From the NCBI GenBank assembly GCA_965227515.1, contig CBDDFZ010000001.1:192001-256000 (forward strand): a stretch of 64,000 nt of DNA. Reading direction: 5' to 3'. The stretch comes from Alphaproteobacteria bacterium. GTDB taxonomy: Bacteria; Pseudomonadota; Alphaproteobacteria; CALKHQ01. Below the pieces are notes generated by a model. It worked only from the letters and a program-made list of their open reading frames with translations, had not been told where the DNA came from and ran no database searches. Below are positions 7,423-19,500 of the stretch, in pieces. The first letter of the stretch is position 1, and each line of letters opens with the position of its first letter. The position numbers and the translations under genes are program-made.

Positions 7423-9612
7423 ATGAAAGCGCGCGCGACGATCCTGCTGCTGTTGCTGGCGGCCGCGCTCGGCGTATTGCCGCACGCGGCCAGCGGGCAG
7501 GCACCTCCGCTCGCCGGCACCGAGGCGATCTTCCCCGGAGCCGACCGGTTCGGCCCCGCCGAAGGGGATCCCCCTGCCCTGCCCGCCTATCGCGGCGACG
7601 AGCAGGTCGGCTGGGTGTTTCGCAACACCGACCTGGTCGACGCCATCGGCTATTCGGGCAAGCCGATCGTGGTCGATATCGGCATACGCCTTGATGGCAC
7701 GCTGGCCGGCGCGGCGGTTGTCGCCCACAGCGAGCCGATCCTGCTGGTCGGCGTGCCCGAGCAGGCCCTGACCGACTTCGTCGACAAGTACGCCGGCACC
7801 AACGTGCTGGATATCGACGCGTTCGGCGCCGCGCGGATGTCGGAGATCGAGATCATCAGCGGCGCCACGGTCACTGCCATCGTCGTCGACGACAGCATCA
7901 TCAAGGCGGCGCGGCGGTTCGCGGCGGCGCGCGGCATCGGCGGCGACGGTGCACTGGCCGCCGCATCGCAAGCGCCGCAGCGCCACATCGACATGACATT
8001 GGAAGGTACCGCCGACTGGCCAACCCTGGTCGGCGACGGCTCGGTCCGGCGCCTCCAGCTCAGCGTCGGCGACGTCAGCCGCGCGTTCGACGAACAGGGC
8101 TTGGGCGACGCCACGCAGCCGGAATCCGCCAACCCCGACGACGTGTTCATCGATCTCTACGTCGCCCTGGCGACGCCGCCGACCATCGGGCGCAACCTGC
8201 TTGGTGACCGGCAATACGACCGCCTGATCGCGGAGATGGAACCGGGCGAACAGGCGATCATCGTCGCCGGGCGCGGGCTCTATTCCTTCAAGGGCTCGGG
8301 CTATGTGCGCGGCGGCATCTTCGATCGCTTCCAGGTGCTGCAGGGCGAGGTCACGACCCGGTTTCGCGACCACGACCATCAGCGCATCGCCGCGATGGCG
8401 GCCGCCGGCGCACCGGTGTTCGACGAGATCGGGCTGTTCCGCATCCCGCCCGGCGTCGGCTTCGACCCGGCGGCCGACTGGCGGCTGGAGCTGCTGGTCA
8501 ACCGCCCGACCGGACCGATCGACAAGGTGTTCACCGCCTTCGACCTGACTTACCTGCTGCCCGCACACTACCTTGCGGAACCCGCACCGCAACCGGCGGC
8601 GACGCCGGACACCCCGCCACCCACGGACGACATGGCGTCCGACCAGGATCAGCTGTGGCAGGGCATCTGGCGGGCCCGCGCCGTCGACATCGCGATCCTG
8701 GCGCTCGCGCTCGGCTTCCTGACCATCGTGTTCTTCGCCCAGGACTGGCTGGTGCGCCGGCCGCGCCTGCTGCTGGTGGTGCGGGTGGGGTTCCTGATCT
8801 TCACCGTGGTGTGGATCGGCGGCTGGGCGTCGGCGCAGCTTTCCGTCGTCAACATCCTGACCGTGTTCGGCGCGTTCTTCGAAGGCTTCCGGTGGGAGTT
8901 CTTCCTGCTCGAGCCGCTGATCTTCATCCTCTGGTTCTCGCTCGCCGCCTCGTTGCTGTTCTGGGGACGAGGCGCCTATTGCGGCTGGCTGTGCCCGTTC
9001 GGCGCCGCGCAGGAGCTGATCAACCGCGCCGCCAAGGCGCTCAAGGTGCCGCAGATCAAGGTGCCGTTCTGGCTGCACCAGCGGCTGTGGCCGATCAAGT
9101 ACCTGATCTTCCTGGGCCTGTTCGCGGTGTCGCTCTACGGCCTGGGCGAGGCCGAGGTGCTGGCCGAGGTGGAGCCGTTCAAGACCGCGGTCGTGCTGCA
9201 CTTCGACCGCGAGTGGTACTTCGTCGCCTACGCCATCGGCCTGCTCGCCATCGGCGTGTTCATCGAGCGGTTCTTCTGCCGCTACCTGTGCCCGCTGGGC
9301 GCGGCGCTGGCGATCCCGGGGCGGCTGCGCATGTTCGACTGGCTGAAGCGCCGCCACCAGTGCGGCACCGAATGCCAGATCTGCGCCCACGAATGCATGA
9401 TCCAGGCGATCCATCCCGAGGGCCAGATCAACCCCAACGAGTGCCTGTACTGCCTGCACTGCCAGCAGGTCTACCACGACGACCACCACTGCCCGCCGCT
9501 GATCAAGCGCCGCAAACGGCGCGAACAGCGCGCGGCTGCCGCCGGGCCGCCGTCGCTGGTGCCGCACCACGCGCGGCGCAAGCAGGCGGCTGCGACCCCC
9601 CAACCAAGCTGA
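7423..9612 (+). CDS. nosR: NosR FMN/Fe-S membrane protein
   Basis: ISGATVT FMN site, CGWLCP and CRYLCP motifs, C-terminal 4Fe-4S motifs. Confidence 0.95.
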   Translation: MKARATILLLLLAAALGVLPHAASGQAPPLAGTEAIFPGADRFGPAEGDPPALPAYRGDEQVGWVFRNTDLVDAIGYSGKPIVVDIGIRLDGTLAGAAVVAHSEPILLVGVPEQALTDFVDKYAGTNVLDIDAFGAARMSEIEIISGATVTAIVVDDSIIKAARRFAAARGIGGDGALAAASQAPQRHIDMTLEGTADWPTLVGDGSVRRLQLSVGDVSRAFDEQGLGDATQPESANPDDVFIDLYVALATPPTIGRNLLGDRQYDRLIAEMEPGEQAIIVAGRGLYSFKGSGYVRGGIFDRFQVLQGEVTTRFRDHDHQRIAAMAAAGAPVFDEIGLFRIPPGVGFDPAADWRLELLVNRPTGPIDKVFTAFDLTYLLPAHYLAEPAPQPAATPDTPPPTDDMASDQDQLWQGIWRARAVDIAILALALGFLTIVFFAQDWLVRRPRLLLVVRVGFLIFTVVWIGGWASAQLSVVNILTVFGAFFEGFRWEFFLLEPLIFILWFSLAASLLFWGRGAYCGWLCPFGAAQELINRAAKALKVPQIKVPFWLHQRLWPIKYLIFLGLFAVSLYGLGEAEVLAEVEPFKTAVVLHFDREWYFVAYAIGLLAIGVFIERFFCRYLCPLGAALAIPGRLRMFDWLKRRHQCGTECQICAHECMIQAIHPEGQINPNECLYCLHCQQVYHDDHHCPPLIKRRKRREQRAAAAGPPSLVPHHARRKQAAATPQPS

Positions 9613-9639
9613 GTTCACGCGAACGAGGAGGACTGGAGA

Positions 9640-11586
9640 ATGTCGAAGAAGAAGATCGATAAGACCGGCGGTTCCGACGGCATCGGCCGACGGGGTTTCA
9701 TTGGCGGCTCGATCAAGACCGCGGGCGTCGCCGGCATGATCGGCGCCGGCGGTGGGGCGGCGGTGACCGGCCTGGGCGGCAACGGGCTGACCCGCGCCGC
9801 CTTTGCCCAGGACAGCGAGAACGGCGCCCATGTCGGGCCGGGGCAGCTCGACGAGTACTATGGCTTCTGGAGCAGCGGCCAGAGTGGCGAGGTGCGGGTG
9901 CTCGGCGTGCCCTCCATGCGCGAGCTGATGCGCATTCCGGTGTTCAACCGTTGCAGCGCGACGGGCTGGGGCCTGACCAACGAGAGCGTCAAGATCCTGA
10001 CCGAGAACCTGGCCACCGATGGCAAGGCGTATCTGGAGGCGCACGGCCACCCGTACATGAACGGCGACGCCCACCACCCGCACATGTCGTTCACCGACGG
10101 CACCTATGACGGGCGCTACCTGTTCATCAACGACAAGGCCAACACCCGCGTCGCCCGCATCCGCATGGACGTGTTCAAGGTCGACAGCATCGTCCAGGTG
10201 CCGAATGCGTCCGACATTCATGGGCTCAGGCCGCAGAAGTTCCCGCGCACCGGCTACGTCTTCGCCAATGGCGAGCACGAGGTGCCGCTGCCGAACGACG
10301 GCAGCGTGTTGGACGACCCGGAGAGCTATGTCGCCATCTTCTCCGCCATCGACGGCGATACCATGAAGGTGGCCTGGCAGGTCATCGTCGACGGCAATCT
10401 CGACAACGTGGATGCCGACTATGGCGGCAAGTACGCGTTCTCGACCTGCTACAACTCCGAAAAGGGCATGACCCTGGACGAGATGACCGCCAACGAGCAG
10501 GACTGGGTGGTCATCTTCGATATCGAGCGGATCGAGCAGGCCGTCGCCGACGGCAATTTCGAGACCTACGACGAGACCGGCGTGCCGGTGGTCGACGGGC
10601 GGCACGGCTCGCCACTCACCCGCTATGTGCCTGTTTCGCGCAGCCCGCACGGCATCAACACCGCGCCGGACGGCCGGCACGTGATGGTCGCCGGCAAGCT
10701 GGCCCCGGTGGTCACCGTGCTCGACGTCACCAGGTTCCCAGCGCTGTTCAACGACGAGATCGAGCCGCGCGACGTGGTGGTGGCCGAACCCGAGCTTGGC
10801 CTCGGCCCGCTGCACACAGCCTTTGACGGCAAGGGCAACGCCTTCACCACGCTGTTCCTCGACAGCCAGGTGGCGAAGTGGAACGTCGAGGACGCGATCA
10901 GGCACTACAACGGCGAGGACGTGAACTACCTGCTGGATAAAGTGGACGTGCAGTACCAGCCCGGCCACAACCACTCCAGCATGGGCGAGACCAAGGAGGC
11001 CGACGGCAAGTGGCTGGTGTCGCTGAACAAGTTCTCCAAGGACCGGTTCATCAATGTCGGCCCGCTGAAGCCGGAGAACGAGCAGCTCATCGACATCGGC
11101 GGCGACGCCATGAAGGTGGTGCATGACGGGCCGACCTTCGCCGAGCCGCATGACTGCATCATCGTGCGCGCCGATATCATGAACCCGAAGCATGTGTGGG
11201 GCCTGGACGACCCCTATTTCGACGACATCCGCGCGATGGCGGAGGCCGACGGGATCGACCTGGAATTCGCCCAGGACGTGATCCGCGACGGCAACAAGGT
11301 GCGCGTCTACATGTACTCCGCCGCGCCGATCTTCAGCCTGCCGAAGTTCGAGGTGAACCAGGGCGACGAGGTGACCGTGGTGATCGCCAACGTCGACGAC
11401 GTCGAGGACCTGACCCACGGCTTCTCGCTGGCCAACTACGGTGTCGCGTTCGAGGTGCCGCCGCGCGGCGCGGCCTCGGCCACCTTCACCGCCAATATGC
11501 CCGGCGTGCACTGGTACTACTGCCAGTGGTTCTGCCACGCGCTGCACATGGAGATGCGCGGGCGCATGCTGGTGAACCCGGCCTGA
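9640..11586 (+). CDS. nosZ: Nitrous-oxide reductase, clade I (Tat-exported)
   Basis: GRRGF Tat motif, DAHHPH, LGPLH, QPGH, EPHD CuZ ligands; [12 protein letters not shown] CuA. Confidence 0.98.
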   Translation: MSKKKIDKTGGSDGIGRRGFIGGSIKTAGVAGMIGAGGGAAVTGLGGNGLTRAAFAQDSENGAHVGPGQLDEYYGFWSSGQSGEVRVLGVPSMRELMRIPVFNRCSATGWGLTNESVKILTENLATDGKAYLEAHGHPYMNGDAHHPHMSFTDGTYDGRYLFINDKANTRVARIRMDVFKVDSIVQVPNASDIHGLRPQKFPRTGYVFANGEHEVPLPNDGSVLDDPESYVAIFSAIDGDTMKVAWQVIVDGNLDNVDADYGGKYAFSTCYNSEKGMTLDEMTANEQDWVVIFDIERIEQAVADGNFETYDETGVPVVDGRHGSPLTRYVPVSRSPHGINTAPDGRHVMVAGKLAPVVTVLDVTRFPALFNDEIEPRDVVVAEPELGLGPLHTAFDGKGNAFTTLFLDSQVAKWNVEDAIRHYNGEDVNYLLDKVDVQYQPGHNHSSMGETKEADGKWLVSLNKFSKDRFINVGPLKPENEQLIDIGGDAMKVVHDGPTFAEPHDCIIVRADIMNPKHVWGLDDPYFDDIRAMAEADGIDLEFAQDVIRDGNKVRVYMYSAAPIFSLPKFEVNQGDEVTVVIANVDDVEDLTHGFSLANYGVAFEVPPRGAASATFTANMPGVHWYYCQWFCHALHMEMRGRMLVNPA

Positions 11587-11600
11587 CTGGCAAGCGGGCG

Positions 11601-12881
11601 ATGCGGGGCGGGCTGATAGCCAGGATTCTGGGACCGGTGGCGGCACTCGCCGTCGCCGGCCCAGGCGCCCTCGCCGCGACCATCGACGTTCCGGCGGCGC
11701 CGGGCGCGCTGGCCGCGGCGGTCGCTTCAGTGCGCGATGGCGACACGCTGCGGCTGGCCGATGGGGTCCATGATGGCGGCATCGCCTTGGACCGGCCGCT
11801 GATCCTGACCGGATCGCCGGACGCCATCGTCGACGGCCATGGCAGCGGCAGCGTGCTGACGATAACCGCGCCCGACGTGACCGTGCGCGGCCTGACCGTG
11901 CGCAATTCCGGCCGCGACATGTTCGAGATGGATGCCGGCATCTTCGTCACCGAGGACGGCGATCGCGCCTTGATCGACGGCGTCACCCTGACCGGAAACC
12001 TGTTCGGCGTGCTGCTGCAGGGGCCGGAGGATGCCATGGTGCGCGACAGCACCATCGTCGGGCTGGACGGCCCGCGCATCAACGACCGCGGCAATGGCGT
12101 GCAGCTATGGCGCGCGCCCGGCAGCCAGGTGATCGGAAACAGCTTCCGCCTGGGCCGCGACGGCATCTTCGTCACCAACAGCCGCGACAACACGTTCAGC
12201 GGCAACCATTTCAGCGAGCTCAGGTTCGCGATCCACTACATGTACACCCACGACAGCGAGATCAGCGGCAACGTCTCCGAGGGCAACCACATCGGGTTTG
12301 CGCTGATGTTCTCCGACCGGCTGGTGGTGCGCGACAACCAGTCGATTGGTGACCGCGATCAGGGCGTCCAGTTCAACTACACCAACGACACGGTGCTGGC
12401 CGGCAACGACATCATCGGCACCGGCGACCGCTGCCTGTTCATCTACAACGCCCACAAGAACCGGATCGAAAACAATCTCGTCGCCCAGTGCGGCGTCGGC
12501 GTGCACTACACGGCGGGTTCCGAGCGCAACGAGGTCTTCGACAACAGCTTCGTCGGCAACCGCACCCAGGTGAAGTATGTCGGGGCCCAGACCCTGGTCT
12601 GGACGGTCGATGGCATCGGCAACTACTGGAGCGACAATCCGGCGGTCGACCTGAACGCGGATGGCATCGCCGACACCGCCTATCGCCCCAACGACCTGGT
12701 GGACGAGCTGCTGTGGACCAACCCGGCGGCCAAGCTGTTGCTGGCGAGCCCGGCGGTGCAGACGCTGCGCTGGGCGCAGGGCCAGTTCCCGGCGCTGACA
12801 CCTGGCGGCATCGTCGACACAGCCCCATTGATGACGCCGCGCCCGGCACACGCCGAGCCACCGGTGGAGGTTGCGGAATGA
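11601..12881 (+). CDS. nosD: NosD periplasmic maturation protein
   Basis: RDGIF, LRFAIHYMY, GNYWSD beta-helix motifs. Confidence 0.95.
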   Translation: MRGGLIARILGPVAALAVAGPGALAATIDVPAAPGALAAAVASVRDGDTLRLADGVHDGGIALDRPLILTGSPDAIVDGHGSGSVLTITAPDVTVRGLTVRNSGRDMFEMDAGIFVTEDGDRALIDGVTLTGNLFGVLLQGPEDAMVRDSTIVGLDGPRINDRGNGVQLWRAPGSQVIGNSFRLGRDGIFVTNSRDNTFSGNHFSELRFAIHYMYTHDSEISGNVSEGNHIGFALMFSDRLVVRDNQSIGDRDQGVQFNYTNDTVLAGNDIIGTGDRCLFIYNAHKNRIENNLVAQCGVGVHYTAGSERNEVFDNSFVGNRTQVKYVGAQTLVWTVDGIGNYWSDNPAVDLNADGIADTAYRPNDLVDELLWTNPAAKLLLASPAVQTLRWAQGQFPALTPGGIVDTAPLMTPRPAHAEPPVEVAE

Positions 12882-13783
12882 GCGCCATCGCCATTCGTGG
12901 GGCGACCAAGCGCTATGGCCGCCACACCGCGCTGGAGGACGTCAGCCTCGACATCGGCGCGGGCGAGTGCCTGGCGCTGGTCGGACACAACGGCGCCGGC
13001 AAGACCACGCTGATCAAGCTCCTGCTCGGCCTGGCGCGGCCGAGCGCCGGCAGCATCGAGGTGCTGGGCGCGGCACCGCACGCCGCCCATCGGCGTGGGC
13101 GCGACCGTGGCATCGGCTTCCTGCCCGAGAACGTCGCCCTCTACGACCAGATGACCGGACGGGAGGCACTGCGCTTCTTCGCACGCCTGAAGCGGGTCGG
13201 CACCGAGGCGGCCGACGCGTTGCTGGAGCAGGTCGGCCTGACCGACGCGGCGCGGCGGCGCATCCGCACCTATTCCAAGGGCATGCGCCAGCGGCTGGGC
13301 CTGGCCCAGGCGCTGCTGGGCGAGCCGCGCGTGCTGCTGCTGGACGAGCCGACCAGCGGCCTGGACCCGACCCTGCGCCGTGCGTTCTTCGAGATCATCC
13401 TGGAGCGTCGCCGCCAGGGCGCGACGGTGATCATCTCCTCCCACGTGCTGACCGAGATCGAGGCGCGCACCGACCGGGTGGCCATTCTGAGCCATGGCCG
13501 GCTGGCCGCTGCCGGCACGCTGGAGGACCTGAGCACGGCGATCAGGCTGAGCAGCCGCATCCGGATGGCGTCGACCGGCACCGCAGATGCCCTGGCGGGC
13601 GCCCTGGGCAGCGCGGGCGAGCTGGTCAGCGTCAACGGACGCTGGGTCGAGCTGGTCTGCACGCCCGACCAGCGCGTCGCCCTGCTGCAACGGTTGCAGT
13701 GCGGGGCGCTGCCGGTGGCCGACATGGAGATCAGCCGGCCCTCGCTGGACGACATCTACGCCCATTACGGTGGAGCACGATGA
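12878..13783 (+). CDS. nosF: NosF ABC ATPase
   Basis: GHNGAGKTT, YSKGMRQRLG, LLLDEPTSGLDP; ATGA overlap with nosD. Confidence 0.95.
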   Translation: MSAIAIRGATKRYGRHTALEDVSLDIGAGECLALVGHNGAGKTTLIKLLLGLARPSAGSIEVLGAAPHAAHRRGRDRGIGFLPENVALYDQMTGREALRFFARLKRVGTEAADALLEQVGLTDAARRRIRTYSKGMRQRLGLAQALLGEPRVLLLDEPTSGLDPTLRRAFFEIILERRRQGATVIISSHVLTEIEARTDRVAILSHGRLAAAGTLEDLSTAIRLSSRIRMASTGTADALAGALGSAGELVSVNGRWVELVCTPDQRVALLQRLQCGALPVADMEISRPSLDDIYAHYGGAR

Positions 13784-13784
13784 C

Positions 13785-14615
13785 ATGCGCGTGGTCCTGC
13801 TGATCGCCGGCAAGGAAGTGCGCGACGGGCTGCGCAACCGCTGGGTGGCGGCGGCGACCCTGCTGCTGGCCGCGTTGGCGCTGGCGCTCGCCTTCCTGGG
13901 CAGCACGCCGGGCGGCAGCGTCGATGCCGCACCGCTGGCGGTGACCGTGGTCAGCCTGGCCAATCTGTCGATCTTCCTGATGCCGCTGATCGCCCTGCTG
14001 CTGAGCTTCGATTCCATCGTCGGCGAGGCCGAGCGCGGCACGCTGGCCCTGCTGCTCGCCTACCCGCTCGCGCGCTGGCAACTGGTGGTCGGCAAGTTCG
14101 TCGGCCACCTCGGCATCATCGCGTTCGCCACCATCGTCGGCTACGGCATTGCAGGCCTGACGATCTCGTTCGCCACCGGTGACTGGGACTGGGCCGGTTG
14201 GGCCGCGTTCGCCACCCTGATCGGTACGTCGATCCTGCTCGGCGGGTCGTTCGCCGCCATCGCCGGCCTGGTCAGCGCCCTGGTGCGCGAGCGCGCCACC
14301 GCCATCGGCATCGCGGTCGGCCTGTGGCTGGTGCTGGTGATCCTGTTCGACGTGGCGCTGCTGGCGGTGCTCGCCGCCGACAAGGGCGCCATCGTCGACG
14401 AGGGCCTGCTTTCCGCGATCCTGATGCTCAATCCGGCCGACGTATTCCGCCTGATCAACCTCACCGCATTCGACAACGTGGCGACCTTCGGCGGCATGGT
14501 CGGGCTGGCCGATGCGGTCGCCGTCGGCCCGCTGGCGTTGCTCGCGGTGCTGGCGGCCTGGATCGCCGCGCCGCTAGCGCTTGCCGTCGCGGTGTTCAGC
14601 CGAAGGGAGCTTTGA
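13785..14615 (+). CDS. nosY: NosY ABC permease
   Basis: KEVRDGLRNRW, GEAERGTL, NPADVFR. Confidence 0.95.
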   Translation: MRVVLLIAGKEVRDGLRNRWVAAATLLLAALALALAFLGSTPGGSVDAAPLAVTVVSLANLSIFLMPLIALLLSFDSIVGEAERGTLALLLAYPLARWQLVVGKFVGHLGIIAFATIVGYGIAGLTISFATGDWDWAGWAAFATLIGTSILLGGSFAAIAGLVSALVRERATAIGIAVGLWLVLVILFDVALLAVLAADKGAIVDEGLLSAILMLNPADVFRLINLTAFDNVATFGGMVGLADAVAVGPLALLAVLAAWIAAPLALAVAVFSRREL

Positions 14616-14617
14616 CG

Positions 14618-15202
14618 ATGCGCACGATCGCTTTGGCTTTGGCCGCACTGCTGGCGCTTGGCGCCTGCGATGGGGACGATGACAGCCAGACCGCCGCGCT
14701 GCCGGCGCCGCAGCAGCCGGGGCGCGAGGCCATCGGTTATCTCTGCAACATGGTGGTCGCCGACCACCAGGGCCCGCACGCACAGCTCTTCCTGGAAGGG
14801 CGCGACGAGCCATTGTGGTTCTCCACCGTCCGCGACCTGTTCGCCTATCGGACGATGGCGGAGGAGGACCAGCGCGTCGTCGCCGCCTATGTCAGCGACA
14901 TGGGGCAGGACGACTGGGCGCCGCGCGAGAACGGGGCCTGGCTTGAGGCCGAGGGCGCGGTATACGTTATCGGCTCCAGCCGCGAGGGCGGCATGGGCGG
15001 CACCGCCATCGTGCCGTTCGTCGACCGGGACGCGGCCGAGGCCTTCATCGCGGAATACGGCGGCAGCATCGTCGCGTACACGGCGATGCCCGCGGACGTC
15101 ATCGCCGGCACCGACATGCTGCTGGACCATGACAACATGGCGATGGACCCGGACGGGCACGCGCCCGAGATGGACCATGCCGGCCATGGAGCGGACCATT
15201 GA
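14618..15202 (+). CDS. nosL: NosL copper chaperone lipoprotein
   Basis: Lipobox LGAC, CNMVVADHQGP, GGMGG. Confidence 0.93.
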   Translation: MRTIALALAALLALGACDGDDDSQTAALPAPQQPGREAIGYLCNMVVADHQGPHAQLFLEGRDEPLWFSTVRDLFAYRTMAEEDQRVVAAYVSDMGQDDWAPRENGAWLEAEGAVYVIGSSREGGMGGTAIVPFVDRDAAEAFIAEYGGSIVAYTAMPADVIAGTDMLLDHDNMAMDPDGHAPEMDHAGHGADH

Positions 15203-16203
15203 CCGGCCATCTCACGCCCCGGCTCTCGCGCCGTCGCGCGCTGACACTGCTTGCAGCCGGCGCCGGATGCGCGCTGGTGGGCGCGGCAACGCCGGGCGCC
15301 GCCGAGGCCCAGGTCTGGCGCTGGCGCGGCATCGCTTTGGGCGCGAACGCGGAGATGGTGCTGGCGCACCCGGACCGCGCTTTGGCCCGCCGCGTCACGG
15401 AACTGGCGGTGGCCGAAATCGCGCGGCTGGAAGCGATCTTCAGCCTCTATCGCCCCGACTCCGCGCTCAGCCGCCTCAACGCCGCCGGCCATCTCGACAA
15501 TCCACCGCCGGAACTGGTCGCGATCCTGGCCGCAGCGAAGCGCTATGGCGAACTCAGCGGCGGCGCCTTCGACGTCACTATTCAGCCGCTGTGGCGCGTC
15601 TTTGCCGATCACTTCGCGGTCCGGGGCGCCGACCCCGCCGGCCCGCCTCAAGACGTGCTCGCCCGCGCCCGTGCCCTGGTGGACTACCGCGCGATATCGG
15701 TGGAAAGCGGTCGCATAACTTTCGCCCGGGCTGGCATGGCGGTCACCCTCAACGGCATCGCCCAAGGGGTGGTCACCGACCGGATCGCTGACCTGCTGGC
15801 CGACCACGGCTTCGACCGGGTGCTGGTGGATATCGGCGAGCTGCGCGCCGGCCTGCCGCCCGAGGGCCGTAGCGGCTGGCCGCTGCAATTGGCCGGGACT
15901 GCGGGCGATGGCGTGGCCGACCTCTCGATATCCGGCATGGCGGTGGCCACGTCGGCGCCGGCCGGGCTGTCGTTCGGCGCCGGTCGGTTCCATCATCTGA
16001 TCGATCCGCGCGGCGGCGGCGCGGCCAATCGCTGGCGACAGATCAGTGTGATCGCGGCGCGCGCCGCCACCGCCGATGCGCTCTCGACCGCGCTGAGCGT
16101 CAGCGACGACACCGCGGCCGACAACCTGATCGCGGCAACGCGCCCGCATCGCGTCATTCAGGTGACGTCGTCGGGGCAGGTCTGGGATCGCCGGCTCGGT
16201 TAG
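15199..16203 (+). CDS. nosX: NosX / ApbE-family FAD:protein FMN transferase
   Basis: Tat SRRRAL, FDVTIQPLW, TLNGIAQG, ATSA, HHLIDP, ADALSTA. Confidence 0.92.
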   Translation: MTGHLTPRLSRRRALTLLAAGAGCALVGAATPGAAEAQVWRWRGIALGANAEMVLAHPDRALARRVTELAVAEIARLEAIFSLYRPDSALSRLNAAGHLDNPPPELVAILAAAKRYGELSGGAFDVTIQPLWRVFADHFAVRGADPAGPPQDVLARARALVDYRAISVESGRITFARAGMAVTLNGIAQGVVTDRIADLLADHGFDRVLVDIGELRAGLPPEGRSGWPLQLAGTAGDGVADLSISGMAVATSAPAGLSFGAGRFHHLIDPRGGGAANRWRQISVIAARAATADALSTALSVSDDTAADNLIAATRPHRVIQVTSSGQVWDRRLG

Positions 16204-16585
16204 ACCGGGATCGGCCGGCGCAGATCAACTGAACAGCGTGCCGGCCCGGCGTGATATGTGCCAAAGCGCACACAATCACGCAATTGCGATGTCCACTCAG
16301 ACAGCCTCGACCGCCGGCGATTACCTGGGGCTCTATTGTCGATCTGCTTGGCCGCACGGCGCGATATCATGCTGTTATTATGGTTAACGCCCATCACATT
16401 TCTTTTCGGGCGATGTTAGCTTGCCAGAATCTTGAATTAATTTGACGAAAAGGCCCGGCTCTGACATTCCTAACAAAAAGTTAGCATTGCGGCACGGCCC
16501 CGCGGACGCGGGTGATCCGACCCCTTGCGCGGGCGAAATGGTCGATCTTCCCGTCGGCCTAAGACACCAATAAGGGAGTAGAGCC

Positions 16586-19500
16586 ATGGGCCACGCGCGG
16601 CATGAGCGTCCCCAGAGCGGCCACAGCACCATTTTAGCGTGCACCGGGGGAGGCTCACACAAGCACACGCTGGCCAGTCGCTTCTCCTGCGCTAAGAACA
16701 CGCGAAACTGCCGCAGCCGCTCGGTTTCGCTACGCCACAGCACCGCGCTGACGGCTGCCGCTGTCGCGGGCGCCATTGCCGCCCCGTCGATCGCACTTGC
16801 GTTGCCGCAGGACGGCAATGTGGTCGAAGGCCAGGCCGAGATCATCTACGGCTCGAACTCGGTCGAGATCGTCCAGGGTTCCGACCGGGTGATCATCGAG
16901 TGGTCGTCGTTCGACGTCGGCGTCGACGAGAGCGTCAACTTCGTCCAGCCCTCGCAGCTCGCCTCGGCGCTGAACCGGGTGCTGTCGGGCCAGTCCTCGG
17001 CCATCCTCGGCTCGCTGACCGGCAACGGTCAGATCACTATCGTGAACCCGGCCGGCATCCACTTCGGGGCGACGGCGAACGTCGACGTGGCGGCGATCAC
17101 CGCGACGACCATCGACATCATCAACGCCAATTTCATGGCCAACAACCTGGCCTTCGACCAGTTCAACGACGACTTCGCCAACGCCACCGTCACCAACGAC
17201 GGGTCGATCACGGTGCAGGACAGCGGCCTTGCTGCCCTGGTGGCGCCGGGTGTGGCCAACAACGGCATCATCGCCGCGCGCACGGGTGCGGTGGTACTGG
17301 CGTCGGGCACGGCGTTCACGGTCGACCCCTATGGCGATGGGCTGATCCAGTTCGCGGTCAATGCCCCGACGACCGAGGCGCCGGAGGGCATGGACGCCCT
17401 CGTTAGCAACTCGGGCGAGATCTATGCCGATGGCGGCACGGTGATCCTGACGGCCGAGGCCGTGTCGGGCATTGTCGACAACGTCGTCAACATGGACGGC
17501 GTGATCCAGGCGCAGACGATCGAGGGCCGCAACGGCCAGATCGCGCTAGTGGGTGGCGACGGCGCCGGTGCGGTCAATGTGGCCGGCACCCTCGACGCTT
17601 CGGGCAACGACGCCGGCGAGGCTGGCGGCACGGTCCACGTGCTGGGCGACCAGGTGGCGCTGAACGTCGGCGCGAACGTCGACGTCTCCGGTGCGGCCGG
17701 CGGCGGCGAGGCACTGATCGGCGGCGCGTACCAGGGCGGCGCGCAGGCAGCCGGCGCTGCGCTCCAGTATCAGCAGACCGCCTCTGGCCTCAACATCATC
17801 TCCGACACGGCGTTCGAGACCGACGGCTACACACCCACATCCGACATCACGTATTTCGATGCCGATGCCACGGCGAATGCATCGGCCACCGTCGATGGCG
17901 ACGGCGGCAATGTCATCGTATGGGGCGACACCGCGACAGGCTTTTTCGGCGCCGTCAGTGCCCAGGGTGGCGCCAGCGGCGGCGACGGCGGCTTCGTCGA
18001 GGTCTCCGGCGCCTCCTATCTCGACTTCTCGGGCACCGTCGACACCTCGGCGGTCGCCGGCGCGACCGGCGACCTGCTGCTCGACCCGGTCACCATGCTG
18101 ATCATCCTCGGCCGGGGCGACGGCGAAGCCGACGACGACACCTCGAACCTAAGCTGGCTCGACTCCGGCGAGAACGACTTCGACGCGCTTACATCCTCGA
18201 TCACCGAGTCCGAGATCGAGACGCAGAACACCAACTTCACCATTCGCGCCACGCGCTTCGTGCGCGTTGAGGATGGCGGCACCGTCACCGGCTCCTTCGG
18301 TGACGGCGTCGTGCAGCTTCAAAACAACCGCAGCCTGACCATCGAAACGCGCGGCATGGCAGGCGACGGCAACGGCGAAATCGATCTGACCGGCTCCGCC
18401 ACGTTTGGCGCCGACCTGATCTTCCGCACCACCGGCAGCGGGTCGATCACGATACTCGGGTCCGAGGACGGCAGCAGAGTGTCCAACATCGTCCTCAGCA
18501 GGCTCGAGACCGAGAACGGCGATATCTCCGTCACCACCAACATCGGCAACATCACGGCCGAGAACGACCTGACGGTGACCGGGACCGGCGGCATCACGCT
18601 CCAGGCCAACGATGTCCTGACCATCGACCTCGGCGCGCTCGTCACCACGCAGGGCGGCACCGTCTCGTTCACCGCCGGCGACCGGATCGTGGTCGACGCT
18701 CCGCTCACGCTGACCGGCGACACGACGCTGACCAGCACTGGGGCCGGCAACGTCACCTTTAATTCGACAATCGACGGCACCTTCAACCTGACCGTCAACA
18801 CGGCCGGGGTGACATTGTTCGACGGTAATATTGGCGGCACGACGCGGGTTGGCGACATTACCACCGATGCCGCGGGGTCCACGACACTGCAAACACTGAC
18901 CCTGCAAACCCTCGGCAACTTGACGTTCAACGACCCGGTGACCGGCAGCGGCGGCTTGATCATCACCGCCAATCAGAGCGCCGGCACCACCACTTTCGCC
19001 AGCACGGTCGACGGCGGCGACTGGATCATCAACGAGCCGACGGCGCTTACCTTCGGAGGCGCGGTCGGTGCCACCACTGCGCTGACCAACTTGCAGATCA
19101 TCAGCACAGGCGGTGCGGTCAACATCAATGGCGGGTCGGTGCGCGTCAACAACCTGTTGCGCCTGCGCGGCAACCTCGTCTTCGACTCACCCACGAACAC
19201 GACCACGCTGCAGAGCGTGAACAACAATGAGATCCTGCTCGGCCACAGCCCGTTCAACACCATCCGCAGCGCCACCGATGGCGAAGAGTCCCTGATCATC
19301 AACACCACCGGCACGACCAGGATCAATGGTGTGGTCGGCGACAACAACCAGCGGTTCGATGCCATTACCACCAATGACGGCGGCACGACTGTGCTTACCG
19401 GCGGTGCGCTCAACCTCGCCGGCAACACGCTAACCTTCAATGACGCGGTGACGCTGGGCGCGGACACGGTGATCACCGATGCCGGCGCCGTTACGTTCAA

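Noticed and set aside
7378-11646. 1422-aa minus-strand ORF
   Set aside because: Antisense shadow of nosR/nosZ caused by high-GC codon bias; no motifs. The same applies to 18973-20577, 37195-39468, 47165-48979 and 62202-63779
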